34,253 nt of DNA from Vicugna vicugna (lineage: Eukaryota): the NCBI GenBank assembly GCA_013265495.1, contig MU058781.1, positions 7,265,324-7,299,576 of the forward strand, read 5' to 3'. Of this stretch, positions 11,341 through 20,782 are shown piece by piece; position 1 is the first letter of the stretch; each line of letters opens with the position of its first letter. Made by a program: the position numbers and the translations under genes. The notes below the pieces were generated by a model. It was not told where the DNA came from. It made no database searches and saw only the letters and a program-made list of their open reading frames with translations.

Positions 11341-11528
11341 CAAATAAGAATATGGTTTAATGTATGTTTTCTCTGTTAGTGTAGAATATTTTCTTCTGAT
11401 TACACTAGTTATGATTATACAAGTTACATTAACACATGACAACAAAAATTTTTTTTATATTGAAGTAGATAGTCAGTTACAATGTGTCAATTTCTGGTGT
11501 ACAGCATAATGTCCCAGTCATGCATATT

Positions 11529-11575
11529 TGTGTGTGTGTGTGTGTATGTGTGTGTGTGTGTATGTATATATATAT
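11529..11575. repeat. (TG)n/(TA)n microsatellite inside L1 3' UTR
   Basis: Read directly. Confidence 0.95.
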
Positions 11576-11846
11576 TCATTTTCATATACTTTTTCATTAA
11601 AGGCTATTGCAAGATACTGAATATAGGTCCCAGTGCTATACAGAAGAAATTTGTTGTTTATCTATTTTTGTATAGAGTGGTTAACCTTTGCAAATCTCAA
11701 ACTCCCAAATTTATCCATTCCCATACCCTTTCCCCTGGTAACCATAAAATAATTTACTACGTTTGCAAGTCTGTTTCTGTTTTGTAGATGAGTTCATTAG
11801 TGTCCTCTTTTTTTCTTTTCTTTTTTTAGATTCCACATATGAGTGA

Positions 11847-11856
11847 TTTCTTTCCT

Positions 11857-11923
<67 letters not shown>
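11847..11923. repeat. (TTTC)n tetranucleotide microsatellite inside L1 ORF2 3' end
   Basis: Read directly; ~19 units with one interruption near the left end. Confidence 0.97.
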
Positions 11924-12708
11924 GCTTTCTGGCTTATTTCACTTAGAATGACGATCTCCAGGTCCATCCATGTTGCTGCAAATGTCATTATTTTATTCTT
12001 TTTAATGGCTGAGTCATATTCCATTGTATAAATATAGCACAATTTCTTTATTTAGTCATCTGTCGATGGGCATTTAGGTTGTTCCCAACTCTTGGCTGTT
12101 GTATATAGTGCTGCTGCGAACATTGCAGTGCATGTAGCTTTTCAAAATAGAGTTCCCTCTGGATATATGCCCAGGAGTGGGATTGCTGGATCATATGGTA
12201 AGTCTATTTTTAGTTTTTTGAGGAATCTCCATACTATTTTCCATTATGGCTGCACCAAACTACATTCCCACCAGCAGTGTAGGAGGGTTCCTTTTTCTCC
12301 ACAGCCTCTCCTGCGTTTATCATTTGAGGACTTTTGAATGATGGCCATTCTGACTGGTGTGAGGTGATACCTCTTTGTAGTTTTGATTTGCATTTCTCTG
12401 AAAATCATTGATCATTTTTTCATGCGCCTATTGGCCATTTGTATGTCTTTACGACAACAAGAATTTTTAGTTCACATTATTTCAGCTCTCTCCAGGGTCT
12501 GTCCTCATTCAGTTCTTCACCTGCTCATCTCTGGTATGAAAAGTTATCAAGAAGGTGGCTTATGCTGTGAGGAACCCTTTCCTTGCTCTTTCTTGTTTTT
12601 ATTTTTGTAAGCAGTTATATCCTTCATCCAAGACTAATAATGTAGTTTATTTTAAATGATTCATTTGGCTTGGGGACTACTTGAATATTTTTATTGGATA
12701 CATTTCTT

Positions 12709-13528
12709 TTTTTTTCTTTTTTTTATTGATTTATAATCATTTTACAATGTTGTGTCAAATTCCAGTGTTCAGCACAATTTTCCAGTCATTCATGGACATG
12801 TACACACTCATTGTCACATTTTTTTCTCTGTGATTTATCATAACATTTTGTGTATATTTCCCTGTGCTATACAGTGTAATCTTGTTTATCTATTCTACAA
12901 TTTTGAAATCCCAGTCTATCCCTTCCCACCCTCTACCCCCCTGGTAACCACAAGTCTGTATTCTCTGTCCATGAGTCTTTAGATTCCACATATGAGCGAT
13001 CTCATATGGTATTTTTCTTTCTCTTTCTGGCTTACTTCACTTAGAATGACATTCTCTAGGAGCATCCATGTTGCTGCAAATGGCATTACGTTGTCGGTTT
13101 TTATGGCTGAGTAGTATTCCATTGTATAAATATACCACCTCTTCTTTATCCAGTTACCTATTGATGGACATTTAGGCTGTTTCCATGTTTTGGCTATTGT
13201 AAATAGTGCTGCTATGAACATTGGAGTGCAGGTGTCATCCTGAAGTAGATTTCCTTCTGGATACAAGCCCAGGAGTGGGATTCCTGGGTCATATGGTAAG
13301 TCTATTCCTAGTCTTTTGAGGAATCTCCACACTGTTTTCCATAGTGGCTGCACCAAACTGCATTCCCACCAGCAGTGTAGGAGGGTTCCCCTTTCTCCAC
13401 AGCCTGTCCAACATTTGTCATTTGTGGATTTTTGAATGACGGCCATTCTGACTGGTGTGAGGTGATACCTCATTGTAGTTTTGATTTGCATTTCTCTGAT
13501 AATTAATGATATTGAGCATTTTTTCATG
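12709..13528 (-). mobile_element. Young 5'-truncated L1 with a perfect 53-bp flanking direct repeat
   Basis: Poly(T) at left, 3' UTR, uninterrupted ORF2 C-terminus; identical flanks at 12656-12708 and 13526-13578. Confidence 0.97.
12979..13527 (-). pseudogene. ORF2: L1 ORF2p C-terminal 182-aa fragment (cysteine-rich CCHC region and C-terminus); no EN or RT domain
   Basis: [29 protein letters not shown]...[18 protein letters not shown]...[14 protein letters not shown]...[10 protein letters not shown] is the canonical L1 ORF2p C-terminus. Confidence 0.95.
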
Positions 13529-13714
13529 ATTCATTTGGCTTGGGGACTACTTGAATATTTTTATTGGATACATTTCTTAATAAACACATTTAAAGGAAAC
13601 AAAGGATCTACTTTCTCCATTCAAAAAATATTTGAGTTTCTACTTTTTTTTGGTAAGGCCCCGTGTTGTGAGATACGGGGCATGTGATGTTCAGTCCAAA
13701 GTTCTTTGGCCAGG

Positions 13715-14612
13715 TGTGATGGTTAGTTTGATGTGTCAACCTGACTGGGCCACAGGGTGTGTGGCCCCCTGTGTCTGTGAGGGTGTTTTTGCATGAGATT
13801 AACATTTGAATCAGTAGACTGAGTAAAGCAATAGCACCCCTAATGTGGGTGGGTCTCACCCAGTTAATTGAAGACCTGCTACTTCCTGACTGAGCTGAAC
13901 CTCGGTCTTTTCTTGCCTTTGGATTCAAACTGAAAATGGAAACATTGGCTCTTCTTAGGTCTTGAGCCTGACAGCTTTTGGTCTGAAACTACACCATTGG
14001 CTTTCTGGGTCTCCGTCTTGCAAATGCAGATCTTGTGGCTTTTCAGCCTCCATACTCACATGAACCAATTTCTTATAATGAAGTTCTCTCTGTGTATGCA
14101 TGCAGGTATATCTCAGAGACGTTGCAGGTTCAGTTCTGGACTACTGCAATAAAGCAAATATTGCAGTAATGTGAGTGACATGAATGTGGTTTCCCAGTGC
14201 ATATAAAAGCTACGTTTACACTATACTATGGTCTATTAAGTGTGCAATAGCATTATGTCTAAAGAACAATGTATATAACCTTAATTAAAAATATTTTATT
14301 GCTAAAAAAAATGCTAGCTACCATCTGAGCCTTCAGCGAGTTGTAGTATTCTTTTTGTTGGTGGAGGTTTTGAAAAAATTTCAAGAATTACCAAAATGTA
14401 ACATAGAGACACGAAGTGAGAACCACTGTTGGAAAAATGACACTGACAGACTTGCTTGACGTAGCATTGCCACAAAACTTCAATCTGTAAAAACATGCAG
14501 TGTTTGTGAAGTGTAATAAAGCAAAATGCAATCAAATGAGATGTGCCTATGTATATACATATATATATATTCTCCTGTTGGTTCTGTTCTCCTGAGAACC
14601 CTTGTTAATACA
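13715..14612 (+). mobile_element. MLT2-family (ERVL) solo LTR, split by a Tigger1 MITE
   Basis: Starts TGTGATGGTTAGTTTGATGTGTCAAC, ends TTGGTTCTGTT...GAGAACCCTTGTTAATACA; TG...CA ends; perfect 5-bp TSD CCAGG (13710-13714 and 14613-14617). Confidence 0.92.
14103..14549 (-). mobile_element. Tigger1 internal-deletion derivative (Tigger1a_Art-like MITE, TcMar-Tigger)
   Basis: Both Tigger1 termini present (CAGGTATATCTCAGAGA... and ...GAGATGTGCCTA, degenerate CAGGCATACCTC TIR); internal GGTTTCCCAGTGCATATAAAAG and CATCTGAGCCTTCAGCGAG; no transposase. Confidence 0.9.
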
Positions 14613-14644
14613 CCAGGTGATACCAAACACAACTTTTAAACACA

Positions 14645-15060
14645 TCTCTTTCTTTTGTTTCCCCCAGTTTTGAGAGAAATAATTGACATACATCTCTGTA
14701 GAAGTTTAAAGTGTACAGCATGATTGTTTGCTTTACATACATTGTGAAATGAGTACCACAGTAGGCTTAGCCAACATCTGTCTCATTTGGATAGAATAAC
14801 AAGAGAAGAAAACGATTATCCTTGTGGTGAGAACTCTTAGAGTGTACTCTCTTAACAACTTTCCTGTGTACTGTACAGCAGTGTTAACTGTAGCCACCAT
14901 GTTATACATCACGTCCCTAGTGCTTGCTCATCTTGTAACTGGAAGTCTGCACCTTTTGATTACCTTCCTCCAATCCCCGCTTCCCTCACCACACCTCTGG
15001 GAACTTCAATTCTGATCTCTTTCTCTATGAGCTTGGCGCTTTTGTTTTGTTTTGTTTTTT
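14645..15060 (-). mobile_element. L1 3' UTR fragment (L1MA9-like / laurasiatherian L1)
   Basis: AATAATTGACATACA...AAGTTTAAAGTGTACAGCATG...GTGGTGAGAACTCTTAG...CTTGTAACTGGAAGT, antisense L1 3' UTR pattern. Confidence 0.85.
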
Positions 15061-15552
15061 CTTTCTGTGGGAAGTATCTGCACTTGGAAGATAGATAAGA
15101 TGAATTCCAGTAGGTTTTGTTTAATGAATCCTATAGATACAAGTCACTGACTAAATCAGTCTGAGGAAAAGTATGATATCAATAATGGTTGGCCAGACTT
15201 CAATCAGTCCATCGGACAAAAACCTCTTCTTAGGGACTTTTTGTGAGAGTTGTGACAAGTCTGAAAGTGGAAGACAGTATTTCCATTGTTCTATGAGCTT
15301 CAAAAGAAAGGAAGATGTTAAATGCCAACTGCCAGGCCCCAGAGGAACAGTTACTGTTGACTAACTGATTGCGCGGCCAAGTCCTCTTTGGGTTGGGAGA
15401 GAGAATTTCATATGCCTCTGCGTGTGGCTGTGGCAGACTTTCTGTATAAGAAATACAGAAAAGGAAATGCTGTGTTTCTTATGGGTTGGGAGGTTGATAT
15501 TTCTAATAAACATAGGCTCTTCCCTCTCAGAATCTTTAATCTCATTCTGGTA

Positions 15553-15750
15553 TTTTTTTTTAATTGAGTGGGATTCATATAATACAATGTTAACCATTTT
15601 AAAGTAAACAATCCGGTGGTATTTAGTATATTCACAATGTAGTGTGACCATCATCTCTGTCCAGTTCTGAGCATTTTCATCACCCCAAATGGAAGTCCTG
15701 TACCCCTTAAACAATAGCTTCTTGTTCCTTCCTCCCTCCCATAGCCCTAT
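15553..15750 (-). mobile_element. L1MB-like 3' terminal fragment
   Basis: Poly(T), then TTAACCATTTTAAAGT...TTTAGTATATTCACAATG...CATTTTCATCACCCCAAA...GTACCCCTTAAACA. Confidence 0.85.
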
Positions 15751-17119
15751 TCTAATGTGGCTTTTAGATAATTCTCTTTTTACAAGGAAAAATGATCAGA
15801 ATAGAATTCAAGTAGAATAATTGAAGGATTAAATTCAACTTATGGGTGGTTTCAACACTTATCATGCATGCTTATGCAATTCTTGGATAAAGAAATAAAT
15901 CCATATGTGAATCCAACACTCTTCACATCATGGGAAGATGTGAGCTTTTGAGAATTTTTCAACAACCCCTGGTAAGACAGGCAAGCTTCAGTTGGAACAG
16001 CTCTGTCAAGTTCTCCCAAGATGAAAACACAGGGAGCAATACCCTTTTGGCCCCCCACCGTTGGCCGTATTGCGGCTGTTAGACAAGCCGGCACCCTGCA
16101 CACAAGCTTCAGCATGGAATCCGGCTGCTTTCCACTCCTTTGGCTTTTGATTAATATAGAACCAACAAAGCTGGTAGTGGATTCTGTGTGAGGACTGCTT
16201 TCTGTTTCTGACAGACACCTCCCAGGGTCTTTTCTCCTTAGCCATCGGATTTCTGAGCTGAGTTTTGGTTCACTATCTGTGTGTCTCTCTTTTCTCAGTT
16301 TTAAATATTCTTTTCAAAACCATCAGACATTTGACTGCAGAAAGTCACAGGCCTTTAAATACACGTGGGTGCTTGAATATGATGAAGTCATTGCTCCATT
16401 TCCAAGTTGAAGTGGTTGGGAATAGATGAGGGATGTCCTTTTATTTGCCCCATTATTACCCTAAGTGTTAGGGGCACTTTGTGGTTAGGGGCAGTTTTCA
16501 TAGAAAAAGAGGAAGAATGTTGTCAGGAAGTGGGAAGTGCCCACTCCAGAAAACTGTTTCTTGAAGGTTAGCGGGGGAAGCAAGTTTTCTTCACAGGCCT
16601 GTGGGACGGACTTTGTAACTCCTGATCCTCTCTGCTGAGATGTACATTAAACCCATCCATCTCACAGTGGTGTTTGGTCAGGGCAGGGCGGGTTCCTGCC
16701 TTGCAGGCGTGTGCATGTTGTACACTCTGAATCTCAAGAGAGAATTGATGTCAGTAAATTTGAAAACCACTAAAGGTATTTATAGTCCATCCCTTAAGCA
16801 ATTGAAATCTCCCTTCTTGTAATTTCAGTCTGGCTGTTTTGGTTCTGCTCTCTGGGAAGAGTAAGGCAAATGGTTCTTCTTCATTGCCAGTCTTTCAGAC
16901 GTAGGATGGTGGAAGTCACGTCCTCTGAGGTCTCCTGCTGGTGTGGCCTAAGCAGGAGGATGAAAGAAGGACCACCTCCCTCACTGCTGTTCTGCTAGGG
17001 CCACTTAGGGCGGCATGGCCTTCATCTTAGCCACATCAGGTGCTGACTCACCCCTACTGAGTAGTCAAGTGGAACTTAAAAATCTTTGTTTCAGTGTGTA
17101 TTGATAGTGATATTTCTGG

Positions 17120-17300
17120 CTTTTCCATGGTATTTTACGGTTTACAAAATACTTTTCATACATTTCATTTGATATCAACAGTAATTCTGAGGCAAGAAGT
17201 ATGGTTATTATTGTACGCATCTTATCAACAAGGAAGCTAAGAGAACTTAGATGGCTTGGTCAGTATCAGCTGCATATCCAGTGCTAAAAGAAAACGGTCT
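17120..17300 (-). mobile_element. MIR remnant
   Basis: GTTTACAAAATACTTTTCATACATTTCATTTGAT...AAGGAAGCTAAG, reverse-complemented MIR tail and core. Confidence 0.55.
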
Positions 17301-18044
17301 TTATGAGTCTCTAACTTTTAAAAAAAAATCATCAATCTGGCTTAGGAAACTATTGTTCAGGTTAGGTTCCCCCATCCTGCACTTGTCCATTTGATTTTCT
17401 GGAACTAAAAATACCTTATTGGGTTTTAATGACAATAATTTTGCGAGGGGATAACACCAAGGAAACAGATCTGTATTTTCCAGAATCTGCCTTAAAATTT
17501 AATTGAGGGAAAAACAATATTTGTCTATCTCTAGTATTTTTTCTTATTCTATTTACTGAGATTGCAAGATTGCAACAAAGGTGGTACACTGTAACTGTAG
17601 GTCCTTTTCTTCTTCTTTTAATCTGGGCACTTGAACTTATTTAAATAATTGATGGACTCACTTTCATTTCCTTCTTTTGTGTTTTCATTTCTTTCCATCC
17701 AGGTTGTTTCTACCTTTTTGAATTTAAAAGTATCATCTGCATTAAAAGACACTAGCTGTGATTCACCTCTTACCAAATACCTCGTATTCCTGCAGAATTG
17801 CACTTTCGTTTCCCTCCTTTTCCCCTTCATTCCAATCACTCTCATGATACTCTCACCATCACATTCATGGCTTTTCATATAAGCGTATATTTTCCTTCCA
17901 TACAGTATGTAATTATAATACTTAACTACATTCAAATGTGACAACGTACAAAGTACATTATGATAACAAGCATAGGTACATAGGAAAAAGCCAAAGCTTT
18001 AAGAACTTTAGGGTGGTTTTAGGATTATTATAGGATTGAACATT

Positions 18045-18290
18045 TATGTTATTAGGTGAAACAGTAGAGAAATTGGGAGTGTTTTTAGTCTCATTTTAAA
18101 AATAATTCACTTGGTGTGATTCGGAAGAAAATTGAGATGATAAAAGATCATCCTGAGATGATAAAAGGTCACCTGTGGGAAAACTATTTGCTGTATTTGG
18201 AGACTGACGATAAGTCTTAAGGAACAAAAGGCCATGCTTTCAGGCGCTTGGATTTAAACTCTAGCTTCTAAATTTGGGGCAAAACTGAAA
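18045..18290 (+). mobile_element. Possible CR1/L3 ORF2 C-terminal remnant
   Basis: GAAACAGTAGAGAAATTGGGAGTGTTT resembles DNA for EERLKELGLFSL, followed by weak similarity to the KGCHVEEG region; very degraded. Confidence 0.3.
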
Positions 18291-20707
18291 CTCTGAAGTT
18301 TGTTTTGGCTCCAGAAATGTTCAGTTTTGCAAAGTCTGTGGGTTTCTTGTTGTCTACCTCTAACTTCCACATCCATTACAAGAAAAGGAGAGGAGTATTT
18401 TGTTGTATTCTTACCTTGACTGACTAATTTAGGAAAAAATGTGAATTCCTCAGAAAAGAATGAATACTGCTGAGTTAAGGGAGGATATCGTTGCAAATGT
18501 TGCTACCGAAAATTGAGGACGTGAAATTTTATGTGGATAAATGGCTGCACATCAACAGTCTGCATCTCAAGAGTGGTTCCATGAGACACCCTGAGTTCTT
18601 GTGTGGAATATTGCATTCCTTTTAGATGAGCCCGAGCAGTTTCTTGCTTTAATGTTTTGTTTAATGTGGCTGATAATCGGTGGAAAGCTCTTAAAATCAA
18701 AGCATCTACTACTTGAAAATGGTCTTTTATTGTAAATATACTTTATGACAGATATACTTTACAAGGTAGGTGCAGTTTGATTAATCAACTTAAACGCTTC
18801 ACTTACTCCTTAGAGAAATCAGAGCAGATGTGGAAACGGCTTCAGTCTGTGCCCTTTTCCATGGTTAAGGCGACTGCACTGTAACACTGTAATGGATTTC
18901 ATTCTCTTGAAGTGTTTGCGTCATGCATCTCTACTCAGGGCTTCTAACAGACTTGACAACTCTATTAAGAGAGGAAGTCAAAATGCAGCAAACTGAAAAC
19001 AAATGACAATAATAGAGAATGATAATAGTGAAGAAAAATAGGCCACATTTTGAGTTCTTATTTAAAAAAATGTTCTTATAAAACAAATTCAGAGAATGCC
19101 TGTGATACAATCCTTGCAGGTCTGGTGGCTGCCTTTGGCCCAGGGGAAGAGCACAGCCTCTCACAAGACGGGGAGGAGAGGAGGATGGTGGTGCAGGTGA
19201 CCGTGTCTGTAAGCAGCAAACAGCCTTGATAATAGTGTGTGCAGCATTCACTTGGAATTTTGCTTGAAGAACACATGTAATATGTACTTTCTCTCTCAGA
19301 ATTTTGTATTTTTTTACGAGAAAAGTCACAATGCCGCAGTGCTGTGAAAGGAGAAAAACACAGTGTAAATAAAATCCTCTAATTCTGGGGAAGCCATTGT
19401 CCATTTATCTCCACTTAGACATCCTGACTAGCTCACAAGCCGCTGCTTCTTCATAATTCTATTAATGACTCAAGTTTCCTCCAGCCCTTCCCTCTCCCTC
19501 ACCTCCTGCTTCTGATGGCTATTGATTCCTTTCTCCATAATTCATAGGAGTGGTATCCCGTAGGACATTCTAATTGGATGCAGAATCTGAGCAGCCATGC
19601 TTCAAGGACTTCCCTGTACATGTCCCTTACTTGCTCTGCTCCTTCTCTCCCCCCTTTGCCCCAGATTTGTATTTACAGGAGCTCATAGGCCCTTCTGCAG
19701 GCTGCTTCCACTCCCTCACCCCTTTATCACTGCAAGTACTGCCGCACTGTTCGTTTCAAACGACGCTTGGAGGCCAGCTTGCTGGAGTGTGCGGCGAGTT
19801 GAATTGCCTCTGCTTCCTGCTGTTCGTGTGATAGATAGTACCATAAAATGGATGTGATGTGGTTATTAGGCTGTGATTCGGTTCACACTGAGCTGTATTG
19901 ATTGGTGTTGGTTCAGTGCTTGCTGCACATTTTATCAGCTGACCTTCCAGATTGTGTCCAGCCTTTGCTTCTTTCACCTCTGATTCTACTTTATCTCTAC
20001 TTTTGTGGCTCCTAATTTTCCTTTGGTTGATTTCTCCTGGTATTTCTTTAGTTTTCCATTACCCAGAAAGGCTTTTCTAATGAAACCATATTTTCCCCTC
20101 AGCACACTTATTTACTTATTTATTTATTTAGCTGGGTTAGCCTTCATTATTCTGGCCTATCACTTCTGTCCTTTGAGTTCCCAGGTTCTAAAATATTTCT
20201 GAGGGCACACTGAAGAACTTTTCCAGAACTTTCCAGGCCCTTAAATTGACTGTCAGGGCTCAGCAGAGGGTGATTTGCTTGCATCAGTCTGTAGCTGATA
20301 ACAGGGCACCGACAAAGGGAAGGGAGGGAGGGAGGATGGAGAGCTCTAGCTGCAGTTGCTCTCCATGACAGGCAGCAGGCAGCTGGTGTTCTCTGAGCAA
20401 GGCCACCTTTCCGTTTTTGAAGTTCGTTCTTTTTTATTGTTGTTGTTGTTCTGGAAAGATCCTTTTCTTCAAATGTTTATACAAAAATATTAGATAATTA
20501 AACAAAGGTAGATGTGGAAAGTAAGAACTTTGGCTGCAGGTTGGGGGAAGGAGGACATGAAGAAAAAGGTAGAGGGTAGGAAATGAGAAAGGAGAAAATG
20601 TATGGAAAATGACAAGAGAAGAAGTAGCAAACTTATTTGAGAAGGTGGAGAACAGAGACAGATGTGCTCCCTGTATAGGAGGCTTAATGGATTTGTGTTA
20701 TGAATGG

Positions 20708-20746
<39 letters not shown>

Positions 20747-20782
20747 TATATGCATATACACACACACACACACACACACATA
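20708..20782. repeat. Compound (TA)n-(CA)n microsatellite
   Basis: Read directly. Confidence 0.97.

Larger units (their letters stand above)
11454..12450 (-). mobile_element. 5'-truncated lineage-specific L1 (intermediate age) with ~18-bp target-site duplication
   Basis: Poly(T) at left; ORF2 C-terminal peptide YIYTMEYDSAIKKNKIMTFAATWMDLEIVILSEISQK (ORF 11797..12042); TSD ATGACAACAAAAATTTTT (11436-11453) vs ACGACAACAAGAATTTTT (12451-12468), 16/18; target TTTTT/AG fits L1 endonuclease preference. Confidence 0.95.

Noticed and set aside
12979..13527. Functional or domesticated 182-aa ORF2-derived gene (truncation happens to begin at an internal Met)
   Set aside because: Intactness is explained by recent insertion; no promoter or splice evidence, and EN/RT domains are absent.
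16379..16520. C/D box snoRNA starting at ATGATGA
   Set aside because: No D box (CTGA) at a suitable distance and no terminal stem.
18415..18448. 34-nt minus-strand micro-exon (TTCTTTTCTGAG acceptor, AAG/GTAAGA donor)
   Set aside because: Opposite to the inferred transcription direction, GAG acceptor is disfavoured, not a multiple of 3, and peptide unrecognised.
18876..18900. miR-141/200a-like TAACACTGT
   Set aside because: Seed-length match only; the remainder differs and there is no precursor hairpin.
19120..19196. 77-nt + strand exon (TTGCAG acceptor, CAG/GTGACC donor)
   Set aside because: Very short pyrimidine tract, weak donor, no recognisable peptide.
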